Part shown: in pieces, positions 12,430-25,473 of the stretch | Numbering within the stretch: the stretch's first letter is position 1 | Layout: the number at the start of each line of letters is the position of its first letter | NCBI RefSeq assembly: GCF_018350175.1 | Contig: NC_058368.1 | Coordinates: 183,274,001 to 183,338,000, forward strand | DNA length: 64,000 nucleotides | Direction of reading: 5' to 3' | DNA from: Felis catus | Taxonomy: Eukaryota | Made by a program: the position numbers and the translations under genes | Notes under the pieces: generated by a model | What the model was told of the DNA's origin: nothing | Seen by the model: the letters and a program-made list of their open reading frames with translations, nothing else | Database searches by the model: none

Positions 12430-12705
12430 TTTCAGTTTTCTATTAGCTTTCTAAGACTCAGTTCAAAAGTGTCCTACTTTTTATGAAATCCTCCTCTGAC
12501 TCCATCCTTTTTACTCTAAACTGCTTAAGAGTCTCTCCCTCATGCTTCATTCATCTTGCTTTCATCACATTCTATTGAAATTATTTGCTTGCTTGCCTTT
12601 TCCTCAAGGATGGAGAATGTATGATGTTTGAGGTTTTGTCCCTAAGTACCCAGCCACATACCAGATTTCCAATAAATATTTGCAGAACGAGTGAATGAAT
12701 AAATT
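12430..12705 (+). mobile_element. L2 LINE 3' end
   Basis: Ends caataaatatttgcagaacgagtgaatgaat, a typical L2 tail. Confidence 0.6.
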
Positions 12706-14007
12706 TGCCCAGCTGATGGTTTTAACATGGCAGCTAATTCTCCAAATCTTCTCTAGATTGCGCTCTGGTATGAAGATAAGTTGACATCTTCAAAAATGAG
12801 ATGCCAGTGTTACCTCCAAAAAATCTGAAATAGCCATGAAAGGACTAAACTTTTTGTGTGCCATGAGTACTGTGGAGAACCACTGACTCGAGAATGGAGG
12901 GTCATCAAAACCTTCTTCTTTTGCAATTGTGGTAAAGAGAACAGAAGACTATCTTTAAGTGGCAAATGAGAAACCACACTGCTCTTATTCAAGGAGTCAC
13001 TTGTTATTTCATAAGGATAATTAAAATTTCTAAATTACTATCCACCAATGGGAGTCTTTGCTTTCCCTAGGTTTACTTAGTGGCTGACCAACAAGCAGAG
13101 TTGATATGATACAAGATCCTGGAACAGAAACATTGTGACCCTAAGTTTTTTTCTGTTAGAAAGATGCCCTGTTGTTGTTGTTGTTGGTGGTGGTGTTGTT
13201 TCCAGCTAATTTATTCAAGCATCTATGAAATACCCTGAATTGCTCAGCTATATTCTGTCAAATTAAAGCTAAGTATCATGTTTCTATATATGCTAGATAT
13301 ATGTGAAGCTGTATCTGGAGAAGCAATAGGTTAAATTAGCAGATGAAATGTCTCCAGGAAATTCTCTAACATCCAGAGAATACATCACAGTGACCTAGTA
13401 TCAACAAAAAAAGATGAAATATAGAATATTTTTAGATATCCTTGTATTCATGATTCAATTGAAGATGATTTTTTTCACAGAAATCAGAAAGTTTGGTTAG
13501 CTGTTAATTTGTTTTACACATGATTTAATGTGTATGTGTATGTGTGTGTGAAAAGAAGGAGATTTATATCAAACTTAAAAAAAATAAAGCAAGTCATTCT
13601 GAAACAAGGAGGCTCGAATGCTCTGATTTCATTCCCTTTAGGAAAACTGTTAATCCCCAATTTACTATGAAATATTTCTTCTAGCAAGTTTATTTCTAAT
13701 TGGGCTCCTTTGTGTGTTCAGTTCCTGGAAAGTTAGAAGAATTGTCTGATCTCCTCACTGACTACTTTTTACTTCATCTCCAGTTTCCCACACCAATCCT
13801 CCTTCTTTCGCGTTGTAATACTTCTTCATTAGTTCCACATTCTCAGCCTCATTATAAATTCTTCTGGTATTTCTGTATATAGTGCCAATCAAATTTGACA
13901 CATTCTGTCTTAGTTTTTTCCTTCCATTTATTATACTCTAGGGAAAAAAAGAAGTAAAAATTTCCACATCTTAATGTCCCGTAAGTAATCATTTTGCTAT
14001 TTTCTTT

Positions 14008-14056
14008 TCCTTCCTTCCTTCCTTCCTTCCTTCCTTCCTTCCTTCCTTCCTTCCTT
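14008..14056. repeat. (TTCC)n microsatellite
   Basis: Directly visible. Confidence 0.95.
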
Positions 14057-14340
14057 TTTCTTCAATATATCAGTAACACAACATTGACACATTTTCCAAA
14101 ATTAATATTTAATTCCTAAGCCCGCACAACAGATAAAATTTGTTTCTGCACCTTGAGTTCCCTTTTAAGTCACATCCATCCCAAATGTCACCTAAGTCTT
14201 TCCCAGTGCTCAGCACTTTGAATTATTATTTCTTCACGTCTGTTAACAAAATATTTCAAAATAAAGTGTCCTGCACTGAGGGTGGGCTTATTCATTAGAT
14301 GCATGTCTCCACTTGCTAATGAGATGAGTATTACATACAT

Positions 14341-14379
14341 GTTTTTAATATAATTTATTGTCAAATTGGTTTCCATACA
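14341..14379 (-). mobile_element. Extremely 5'-truncated feline L1 (3' terminus only)
   Basis: 28-nt exact match (14352-14379) to the L1 3' end at 42068-42095; flanked by direct repeat catacat. Confidence 0.75.
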
Positions 14380-15191
14380 TTTATAAATTTCATGCATGTG
14401 GTACAAAGGACTGTTTGGTTCGAACTTAACAAAATCAAATAATATTATTAACATGATAATAGAAACTTCAACAAAATTAGAATATATATAAAACATTTTT
14501 ATATCTATAAAAGTTGCCTGTCTATGGTCCACCAGCTTATTTTTCTCATACATCTCACACAGTAGCTCTTACTATAATGAAACTCTCTTCAATGATTTTA
14601 TTTATAAAACAATAGCCTCAGAGATACATGAAATTTCGTGGTTCAGTGATTGTCATCTAACCAAGTCATATAAGATTGAATCATCCAGGGTTAAATAAAA
14701 CACCTGCCTTCAAATATATATTACCTGAGGTTTCTCTGATTTCAATCACACAATCAGCGAGCTGGCCTCAGAGAGGGAAGAATAGATGAAGAATAAGAAG
14801 GATTTGAGACACTGGCTCAGTAACTACTTAACTGTGTCAGCAAAACATTACATATACTTTTACAGCTTAGAATGGATCTTCCCAAACCAATAATGTCTAA
14901 AATCACCAATTCAGTATCTCTCAGCACCTTGTAAAAAGTGACATTCATATATGTTTTAGGGTTAAAAACTAAAACTAAAAACCAAAGCAAAAAAATTCTG
15001 TATGTTCATCCAAAAAGATGGTACTTCTCAATAAAGATTTTTTTAAAGGTGCTTTAAATGCAATTCTCCAGAGATGCACATGTCTTGCTGTTACATTTAG
15101 ACTCTGTAAATTTTTGTTGAATGAATGTTATCAATGACAAGTATCTGCTATTTAGTTGTATTCAGGGGCAAAACAAAGAGATGGCATTTCT

Positions 15192-15410
15192 TTTCAAAAA
15201 AAAATTTTAGAGTTTATTTTTGAGAGAGAGACAGAGACAGAGCATGAGTGGGCGAGGGGCAAAGAGAAATGGAGACACAGAATCTGAAACAGGTTCCAGG
15301 CTCTGAGCTGTCAGCACAGTGCCTGATTCAGGGCTCCAACTCACAAACCGTGAGATCATGACCTGAACCCAAGTCAGACACCCAACTGACTGAGCCACCC
15401 CGGTACCCTT
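15192..15410 (-). mobile_element. CanSINE (SINEC_Fc-type)
   Basis: Reverse SINE consensus; TSD aaag(a/c)gatggcatttct at 15175-15191 and 15411-15427. Confidence 0.95.
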
Positions 15411-17547
15411 AAAGCGATGGCATTTCTACCGGCAACAAATGTGTCCTATTTTAGTTTCAGCCTTTGACCTTTTTCTGGAATATCTCCACTGTGTCTCCAT
15501 CCCTGCCCCCAGCCCATTGACCTATGTTCTAGTTACATCAGAATTTGGTTTCTAATCTCTGTGTAGAGTCTCCTGCCATAAGCCTATGCTTATTATTTAA
15601 ATTCATAAATATTTTAAGAAGGGACCTATTTTCTCCTTCATTTTGCCATCCTTAAATTGGAATTAGTCGATCCTATCTTTCTGGCTCATTCATCTTGGTT
15701 TCTAAATTGCACTTAATCACAGTATACAGTATATCATAGATAATTATTAAATATTTTTAACTCAGTAGACAAAATTCAGTTAAAGTTAAGGAGTAAATTT
15801 GTGAGCAAATATCATTAATGTATTCTTATGACTAAATGAAATTCATTATGGAGAGAAAGCTATCCAAACCTGAAAAAAATGTTCAAATATTATCACATAG
15901 GATATTATTTATAAAATAAAATTGGTAATGTTTTAGTATTTACTTCTATTCTTATATAAACATTATAGATATTACTATGTGATCCCCAGGACATTAAATA
16001 TTCACTAAGCCAACTTAAGTAGTACATATTTTCCCTTCCAAAAAGTAAAAGGTAAAAGAAAAGAACAAAAAAAAAAAAGAAAAAAAAAAAAAGAAAAAAA
16101 AGAAAAGAAAAGTCCGGAACAACATAACTAGGAGTTAGTCCAGGTGGGGACTGACTGACTGAGACTGACATCAAGGAAATCGAATTCTGTAACCTCGTGA
16201 CCTCCACAAACACAATGGAAAACCACAACCTGTGATCCTGTTAGTGAGTCTACTCACCTGTCTTTAAATGTCAAAGGAGAAGCAAAGGGGAACTCTCCAC
16301 ACAGTAAAAGACCTCAGGACACCAGAAATCCCTAAAACTTTTAAGGAGTTTACACCTACATACTAATTTAATTTGTATTCAAAACAATCACTTTAAATAA
16401 CAGAAACATTATTTCAAATGTAAAAATAAAATAAGACATAATTAAACATATTACATAATAAAATTGAGATTCTCTTTGGTTATATATTTAATTTTATATT
16501 TATTTAGAGTTATCTTCCTTATTGATTACTCAAGTAGCTACTAAAACACCATGTCTTTACCATAATTAAATCTAAATTTGGAATTTCCACTTATCCTAAA
16601 GGCTGCTGTTAAAAAAAAGAAAAAAATGTAATTCATTGGCCTCAAAATATTACCACTTAACATATGCAGCTTAGAAGAAAGAAAGAAATCTTATACATTT
16701 TTTTCCATAAATATGAGGGTTAATTCTTGCCCCATAATGAGATAATATTCTCAAAGTATAAATGACCTTTAAAAACTTCCACAGTAGCAGCTGAAAATAC
16801 AGTCCCGCTGCTTGTGATAACTTCTGTCATTCAGACACTAATTCTGAAAATGGTATTACCAATTTGGCATTGGCAACTTTTTTGTTGATAATAATCCTAA
16901 ATCTTCTCGGTTCAGCAGCTATTTACATATAATATCTAGAGAGATTATGCTGACCAGAAAATCCATCTTTGTAGCTAGAGTGACTCTCTTTCTCACTCTC
17001 TCAATATGTAAATGTCTACATGGAAACATACAAATATACTCATCATCATAAAGATTAATCTCCAGACAGTGTGCCCTTCATTTCAAAGTCCTGGGGGTGA
17101 AAACTCACCATAATTCCAATGTCCTGACAACCAAGGTAGGGTCTACTGGATTTGAATCCCAGCTACACACATCCCAGCTACACACATATATAACCTTGAA
17201 CAAATTACATAATTTCTGAATATTTTCCTTCTCCATTATAATGGCTACTTTGTAGAATTCACATAAGAAATAAAGAAACTATTTTCTTCCCAAAAGTATA
17301 GAATAGAGTACATAATAGAGTCCAAAACATCATACATAGTTTCACCTCACTAACTAAATAATATCTTTTCTTTCGTAGTTTTTATTTACCTCCATTATTT
17401 GCCCCTTTTGACTATTCTCCATCTTTTCTTAATCCAAGACCTGTCCTAACATGCCAGATAAGGTGACTAAAAACACTTATTCTCACTTGTTTTACTTATG
17501 ATAGCTTGTCTTACATACATAATTTTGAGTGTTAAAAGTTGATTAGT

Positions 17548-17731
17548 GGGGTGCCTGGGTGGCTCAGCCACTCAATTGTCCTAGTCTTGATTTTGGCTCA
17601 GGTCATGCATGATCTCACAATTCAAGGGTTTGTATCCCACATCAGTCAGCACAAAGCCTGCTTGGGATTCTCTCTCTCCCCTTCTCTCTCTCTTCCCCTC
17701 CCTCCTCAAAAATAAATAAATATTTAAAAAA
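17548..17731 (+). mobile_element. CanSINE, older subfamily
   Basis: ggggtgcctgggtggctcag head, cctgcttgggattctctc body, aataaa tail. Confidence 0.9.
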
Positions 17732-18039
17732 TGAAGATGTCAAAATTTTTTTTTAAGTTTATTTAGTTACATTCTATTTCCGGAAAAAATATGTAATCTG
17801 GAATTTTCAAGTGATATCATTTTTTTTTTGTAGACTTGAAGTTGTACTAATTTTTTTATGCACAGGAATAATTTGACTTCACAATTCTAGGCAAGAGTAT
17901 TTCCGGAGTACCAGTAACTCTGGTGCTGTTCGACTTTTTACTAGGGAACAGAAACTGTAGTTTTCTTTCCTCGGGATTCCTGTAGCCTTGGGTTAACCCC
18001 ACTGCTTTCTTGAAATCTCATTACTTCTCCTGTTTATCT

Positions 18040-18345
18040 TTTCATTTATTCATTCTATCAACAAAAATTTTTGAAGAACCTTTTATGTGGTAATTACAGT
18101 GCTAAACAGATAGGAAATAATCAGCATAATCTTAAAATCAGCTGATGGAGCTAGTGGCCTCATAAACAGAAAACCAACTGTTCAATTTTATTGCAGAGTT
18201 CTAAGAGATATAATTTGGTATAACCAAATTATGCTATAGGGACTTTTAGGGGACACCTAACTTAAGTTTGTGAGGATTAGGCAAGACTTCTCTAAAGAAG
18301 TAATGCTTAAGTTGAGAGCTAATACAGAAATGAGAAGAAGCCAGG
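18040..18345 (-). mobile_element. L2 fragment
   Basis: catttattcattctatcaacaaaaattttt...ggcaagacttctctaaagaagtaatgcttaagttgag. Confidence 0.5.
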
Positions 18346-18399
18346 AAACCAGTAAAAAGTTTTCTTCTACCTTTTGCTATCTCCGTGATATACTAAATA

Positions 18400-19500
18400 T
18401 TTTGGTCTTGTCTGAGAGACTTCTCTACCTAATGTTATACCACATCTTTGATGACTTCAATGTCCATGCAGAAGGCCCAAGCCACATCCAAACTTTTATT
18501 TCACTGCTCCCTCAACACCAGTGACTTTTGCCTGTATCCTCTTTCAAAAACACACGGGCATACCAATGACAAGCCAATATCTCTCAGTATTTATCTTACT
18601 GAATTCTCTTAACATTTAACTATGCTGTTTTTCTTTTCAACGTTTATTTATTTTTGGGACAGAGAGAGACAGAGCATGAACCGGGGAGGGGCAGAGAGAG
18701 AGGGAGACACAGAATCAGAAACAGGCTCCAGGCTCTGAGCCATCAGCCCAGAGCCTGACGCGGGGCTCGAACTCACAGACCGCGAGATCGTGACCTGGCT
18801 GAAGTCGGACGCTTAACCGACTGTGCCACCCAGGCGCCCCTAATTATGCTGTTTTTCTAAACTTCGTTTTCAATCTCTGCCAAAACAAAACAAGCAAAAA
18901 AAAAAAAATATCGATAACTCCTGATTTTTCTTTTCTTACACCATTCTGATTTCTTTATCTTAGAAACCTTTTTTTTTTATTTTTTTTAATTTTTTATTTC
19001 TTATTTCTTAGCCTAGCCCTTGTATGTTGCTAATCCTCGGAAATCTTCTCTTTCTTTCTCACCCGACATACTCTTCAGAGAATGGCTTCACTAATGATGT
19101 AAATTCCAGTGACTCAAATATCTATTTCTAGCTTAGATTTCTCCCTTGAATTCTAGACCTATGTTTATTTAAGTTATGAGGATATTTCTCTTGACAATAC
19201 CACTCGTCCCTCAAAGTGAAATTTGTCCAAGCTTGTGATCTTCCTCCTTATTCAAAGTTCATCACATCTTGTTTTACATATTCAATTGTTTCCTATCTTT
19301 GAGTAGTATCACTATCGACCTTGTATTTCAATTCAGAATGCTAGATAATGATCCTCACTTTTCCTTTCACTCTACCACTCACACAGAATTAATCACCGCA
19401 CTGCCCTAGATCTCACTTATTCAGTATATTTTGAAGACAGCTACTTCTCACCAATCCTGTTACAACCCTCACAATTTGGGTGATGCCACTTCTTGTCAGT
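18400..19500 (+). mobile_element. L2 fragment(s), interrupted by a SINE
   Basis: gatgacttcaatgtccatg; gactcaaatatctatttctagcttagatttctcccttgaattctagacc. Confidence 0.55.
18635..18840 (-). mobile_element. Young SINEC_Fc
   Basis: CpG-rich, near consensus; TSD taa(c/t)tatgctgtttttct at 18617-18634 and 18841-18858. Confidence 0.97.
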
Positions 19501-19769
19501 ATTACGTTATTCTATTTGCGATAAGTTGATTTTTATTCCCACTTAATGTTTTGCCTTTCTTGTTATATAATTGTAGTTCCCACAACATTAACCTCAGCTT
19601 GTCCATTTGACTAGCTTTGGTTAATAAAATAAGAACTAATACACATGGCTTCAGATGAGAAACCAGCGATCATGGGATTCAGCCATCATTTTACCATTTT
19701 GTTATTAAGGTAAACACAGATACAAAAAACATACAAAGCGAAAGTATGTGAATCAGACATACTCTCTAG

Positions 19770-20092
19770 TTGGGTGGGGCTGTAGATTATGTTCTGAGAT
19801 TGGGCAGGTTCACTGGCTGAGGTCATTGCTTGGGTGAGGCCACAGGTGGTGTTCAGCAGTTGGGCAATGCTGTAGGCTGAGTTCTGCTGTGGGGGCAGGG
19901 CCAGGTGGTATTGTGGTCTGAGTTCCAGGGCTATCCAGGGTCACTGTTCAGGCTCCCTGGTTATGAAATGCCAGAGGCTATGCTCAACAGTTGTGGAGCA
20001 CTGCTGGCTTGGCTTCTTGCCCAAGATCAGCTGTCAGATGGGATTTGTAGCTACCTAATTTCTCTGGTCAGTTGGGACAGGAGGCTCTACAC
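19770..20092 (-). mobile_element. Old L1 (L1M-type) 5'UTR fragment
   Basis: GC-richer block with recurring ggccacagg/cagttggg/gctccctgg motifs typical of reverse L1M 5' ends. Confidence 0.55.
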
Positions 20093-20619
20093 TTACATGA
20101 TATTTGAATTTACTGAAATAAGTTCAAGTATTGGTGATGGAATAAAGGAAAAGAAGAATTCTACTAGAATAAGACTTTGGATCTAAAAGAGTACATTTAT
20201 GGTAGTTCTCCAAATCTGGAAAACACACATCAAGATTATTTAAATTTTAAACACATTTCTTTGGGCACTCTTATAAAAGAGAGAAAGCTCCTTTGTCAGC
20301 ATTTTTTATACAATTAATAACTCTCTATACCATTATCCTCACGCTTCATTAAGGCTACTAAATAACTGCTTCATTTGCGTATCTATACAATGTCCACCTC
20401 ATTACGGATATTCAATGGATATTGAATGTATCCATATTAATGTATTCAGTATCAAAAAAGAGGGAAAATAATAATTTACAAATGGTAAAACAAATTTACA
20501 AAGACCTGAAGCAATTTCCCTTTAATTCCCTAAACCAAACCACAGATTTTGAATCAATATGGTTTTTAAACCTTTACAATAAACAAGCAATCATGAAATT
20601 CACAGGCAAATTACCACTA

Positions 20620-20960
20620 CTAATGTTTAATGTGTGCTCACTACTTGCCGCTCATCATTTTAAGGACTTTAAAATACTTGAACTCATTCAATTCTCACAG
20701 TACCTTTTATGCAGGTATTATTTCTACAGATGAGGACACTGAGTTCTGGAAAGCCCAAGTTCTTGCAAAATCACACATAACTAGGCCTTGATTCTCAGCA
20801 GCCTAAAAGTAAATTATTTTACCCTTTATACAATGAGGCCTCTGAAAGATACTCTAGTGCATTGCTTTTATATTATAGCTGAAGAAAGCAGGCCAGGAGA
20901 GAATAAATCATTCACATGTCCAGGTAATGATGAAACTATGACAGAAACTCCCAATCCCCA
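20620..20960 (-). mobile_element. MIR fragments (two adjacent pieces)
   Basis: tttctacagatgaggacactgag and tattatagctgaagaaagcaggcc cores. Confidence 0.6.
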
Positions 20961-21509
20961 GATTCCCAATTCTGAGCTCTGTTTACTATGTCTATTTGTA
21001 GACAAAATTCTCCAAACTAAAATACATGGTGATTTCAATCATGTAGTGGTCTAAAATTTCTTACGATTTAAAGACGGCCAGCCATGTTCAATTTGGCTAA
21101 ACTAAACTACATTCTCCAAAATCCCTTTCTTAAATGTTTCTGGTTAGTCTGGGCAACAAGGAGATTCTTTCTATGAGATTTTGAGAAAAGGAAGTGATAC
21201 AGAAATCATTTTATAGCTCACACACAGTGTCACAAATCTGTCTACTGATCTCATTGGTGTGAATCTATATTTGAGTCTGCAACTGTTTTACATTTCCTTG
21301 GATCCTCCGTCAGTTTCTCTGACTTCTGGGCCAGGTGTGTGCGTTTAACTACATCATAAGAATCTGGCTTCTGTACAGCACCCATAGCAAAAGTTTCAGA
21401 GACAATGTTAACTGTAACAAGAGTCTACCAGTTTTCATGGGACTCCAGCTTGTTCTTAATCTCCCTGACTATATATGTATTTTCCATTCCTAACTGCCTT
21501 TCAGACATT

Positions 21510-22940
21510 CCTGTCATCATGCAATGGGTTCATGAACAAAGTAGCCATTATGATAGGGATAGAAGTTAGTTATAGGGTCTGCTACATGGACATCCACTTA
21601 CCCAGGTCAATCTTACTACAGCTAGTCCTGAATGCCACTTTTGCCAGCAGCAGAAACCAATACTGTACCCCTATTATGGCACCATTTCCTGAAAGGATCA
21701 GTCATCTACCTGCTGCCAGCTTGATTATATTGTACCTCTTCCAACACGGTCATTGCAGCAGTTTGTTCTTACTGGAATAGGCATTACTATGGAAATATAT
21801 TAAGTCTCTCTGCCTGGAGTGCACCTATGAAACTACCACATATTTATTGGACATCTTATTATCCATAGTATTCCACATAACATCACTTCTGATCAAGCAA
21901 CTCATTTCACAGCAAATAAAATACAGCAATATACTCATGGTCATAAGCTTTACAAGTTTATTATGTTCTCCATCATGCTGAAGCAGTTAGCGTGATGGAA
22001 TGATGGAATGGCCCTTTGGGGTCTTAGTTACAGCACCAGGTAGGTGGAAACATCTTGCAGGGCTGGAGCAATGTCCTCCAGGATAAAGTAAATGCATGCA
22101 ATCAGCATTCAATATACAGTGTTGTTTGATAACCAAGAATCAAGGGATAGAAAGATGAGTTTCTTCTTCTCAATATTATGCCTAGTATTCCACTGCCAAA
22201 ATTTTATGTTCTGCTGATCTAGAGGTACTTGTTCCAAAGAAAGAATGCTTCTACATAAACAAAGTTCCCTAAACCAAAAATCTATGGCAATTTAAATCTT
22301 GAGGGACTTAAAAATTATTACAATTTTAAAGTAGCTTGGCTACTTATTGTTCAACTTAGCTAGTCTGAACTACATTTTCCAGAATTCCCTTTCTTGTATG
22401 TTTCTGGTTAGTGTGTACCACAAGGAGATTGATCTAGAAAATTTAAAGAAAGGAAGTAAAACAACTTTTTAGCTAACACTTGTTGCTGATCTGCAGAATG
22501 ACTTCAGGAAAAACAAAATGATTCCACTGAATTACAAGTTGAATCTGCCACCTGTTCACTTTGGGATCCCCATGCCTCCAAATCAACAGGCAAATGAAAC
22601 AGTTACTGCACTGGCTGGGATTATAATTCTGACCTTCAAGGAGAAACTGTTGCCACTACACAAAAAGGATATGAGGAACATGCCTGTAATGCAGAAGATC
22701 TTGTAGGTCATCCTTAGTACTCACATGTTCTGTGACTAAAGTCGATGGAAAACTAAAATAATTCAAGCAGGCCTGCTAAGGATCCAGAACCTTGAAGAAG
22801 AAAGATTTGTCACCATTTTAGCTAAGAAACCATGACGGGCTAAGATGCTAGCTGAAGAAAAGGGAGTATAGAATGAACAGGGAAAGAAAGCAGCTATAAA
22901 TACCAGCTATGACCATGACCAGTTGTAGAAAAGACTATAA
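21510..22940 (+). pseudogene. ERVL integrase and dUTPase remnants
   Basis: Decayed frames QWVHEQSSH, ECHFCQQQKP, SDQATHFTA and MIPLNYKLNLPPVHFG match the ERVL integrase and dUTPase regions. Confidence 0.85.
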
Positions 22941-23887
22941 TCATTAGAGGTATTTATTCCTTATTTTGATATTAATATGTTTCCATATGTATTAACCAAC
23001 TTAAAAAAATCTTCCTCTTTCTAATTTCCTAATCAAATATAAGATTCATTAATAGTAGTTAATTTTATATCTCAGTTTTTAAATTACAAGATATTCAATT
23101 TGAGGAATGAATTAGGAGAAGAATGAATATCATCCAAAAACAAAAGGACTTTATCCTCTTAGGAGAAAAAAATATGCTTATTTTAAGGTATACTAGGGAT
23201 AGTTATATCATGTTAGGTGAAAGCTTGACTTTGTTATTATCTTTATTTGAAAGCTAAGTATAATTTAAGGAGATGTTTATGGGTGCCAACTTGATAAGGA
23301 GTGGATTATGTTGGCTCTACAATGTATGAACTTGGGTATGCTGAACTACATTTCCCAGAATCCCTTTCCATGTATATCTCCACTTAAACTGGGAAAATAA
23401 AGTTCTTAAAAGTGACTTGAAGTGTGGAAGTAAAGTGACAACTATTTTGTATCTTGCACATATCGTTGTTGCTCTGGTTCCTTAGCTTACTGACATGGGG
23501 CAGCAGGTGGGCCTAGAACTGCTACATCTTTCCTGGTACCTTCCTTTATCTTTTCTAACTCTTATGTCAGGTGCTTGTGCTTAGCTCTGTGGTGAAGGAC
23601 CCCACCTTCTGCAGGGCTCTTTTACCACCAAGGTCAGAGGTAACAAGAAATGGCATGTATTTCAGTCCATTCTCCTGGGGCTCTAGCTTGTCCTTGTGGG
23701 TTCCAGATTGGTTTTGGTCTCCCCCATTCTACATCCATTCTACATCCATCTTCCCTTCCCACCTGTCTTCCCTAAGGACTTTAGGCTTCAGCATTAGAAG
23801 CAAGGACCAGAGGCTTAAAGAGACTGCTTTACCAACACCCACAATTGCATATGGTCAAATCTTTGTAACACATTTATTCATATATTA

Positions 23888-23888
<1 letters not shown>

Positions 23889-23918
<30 letters not shown>

Positions 23919-23970
23919 GTATCTGCCTATATATGTATGTGTGCATCTATCTACCTGTCTCTCTGTATCC
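23889..23970. repeat. (TATC)n microsatellite inside the 3' LTR
   Basis: Directly visible. Confidence 0.9.
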
Positions 23971-24289
23971 ATCCAGTAGTTGTGTTTCTCTGACCGAACT
24001 CTGACTGATACAGATCATAAATAAATTCCATTCAACCAACCTGACTTCATAAAATATTTCTATAAAACAGGTATTGTTAAAAAAGCAAAACTATGTGTTA
24101 TTTGGCCAATATGATTACATTCTACGTCTACAATGTCTCATTTTGTCAACAGAGATCTACTGATTTGAAAAGCATAATTAAAATATCAACAACTCAAACT
24201 AATGTAAGCCAGTTTAGTTAAAATACTTAAATATATAATCAAATGTAAACATATCTCTAATTACACTGTCACCATTTTAGTAGCATACA

Positions 24290-24460
24290 TTTAATAGTAA
24301 TATCTCATTTTCTGTGCTTAATGAAATTATATGAGAAAAATATTATTAAGCCTGTTTTATAGAATGAGGAATCTGATGCTTCAAACTTCACTTTCCTCCA
24401 AATCACACAGCAAGTAAATGACAGGATATTTTGAATATAGAATATTTAATTCCATTTCCT
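24290..24460 (-). mobile_element. MIR fragment
   Basis: cctgttttatagaatgaggaatctgatgct...aatcacacagcaagtaaatgacag. Confidence 0.6.
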
Positions 24461-25341
24461 GTTTACTTATGTTCAAAATGCTACATTTCTATTCAGAATA
24501 AATGGTTTGAATGTCTACAATTATGAATTTATAAATTAATGAGTTTCATAGTGAGAATTAGATATAATATTGTTCAAGGCCTCAAGGTTATAAGTCTTCA
24601 ATACATGTGTTTGGCAAATCTTAGTTGTTGATGTGATTATTATTATTAATATTTTAATGTGATTGTCTTTGTGCATCATGATATGATATGCATCATGCCA
24701 TATTTATTCAGTAATACTTTAAACCCAGCACATCAGAGGGCAACAAATTTGCAGCAGATTCTTTCTTTAAACTTAGAATGGCTAGGCTGAGCCACATGAT
24801 AATTATGCGTTCTTGATAAGATTAAGTTTTAAAAGCTCTGATTCCCTCATCTGTAATATATACATAATGGTTACCTTAGAGTGTCATTGCTTGAGTTTCA
24901 CTCAGAACAGTGGCAAGCCATTAAAGTGTATTAAGAACGAGAACTTCTATTTGCCCCTATAAAAGAATGTTCTGTCTTCTGTGTAAAGAATGGATGGTTG
25001 AGGCAAAAGTAGAGATAAGAAAAGTAATTAGCAAGTTATAGCATGTTCAAGGGAGAAGTGGCACTATCTTTGATGAGGATGGTGTGTCAGCTGAGTTATG
25101 GTTTAATGGTATAATTTGCAGAACCTGGTGGTAAGTGGAAAATAAGAAAAGGAAGTTAAAAAAGATTTCCAGGTTTCTAGATTAAGCAACAGGGTAGGTA
25201 AAGCAGCGGCAAACTGAGAAAGTAGACTAGAAAACAAGCATAGTTTGGTAGTGGTGATGGTGAGAGGTACATAAAAACAAACTTTCTCACTTCTCTTCTA
25301 ATAGCTTCATGGTGTGTGAACTTCATTTCTCTGCCTTTATT

Positions 25342-25473
25342 GATTGATTGATTGATTTTTAACATAGGCTTCACACCCATAGTAGAGCCCAATGCAGGGC
25401 TTGAACTCATGACCCTTTACTGAGCTGAGATCAAGAGTTGGATGCTTAACAGACTGAGCCACCCAGGCACTCC
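25342..25473 (-). mobile_element. Short CanSINE variant lacking the (CT)n segment
   Basis: gagatcaagagttggatgcttaacagactgagccacccaggcac; (TTGA)n tail; imperfect TSD tctctgcctttatt / tctctactttatt. Confidence 0.9.

Larger units (their letters stand above)
21042..24012 (+). mobile_element. Internally deleted ERVL provirus with MLT2(E/F)-like LTRs
   Basis: 5' LTR ~21042-21500 starting tgtagtgg; 3' LTR 23307-24012 ending tgataca after a purine tract; candidate 5-bp TSD aatca (21037-21041) / gatca (24013-24017). Confidence 0.85.
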
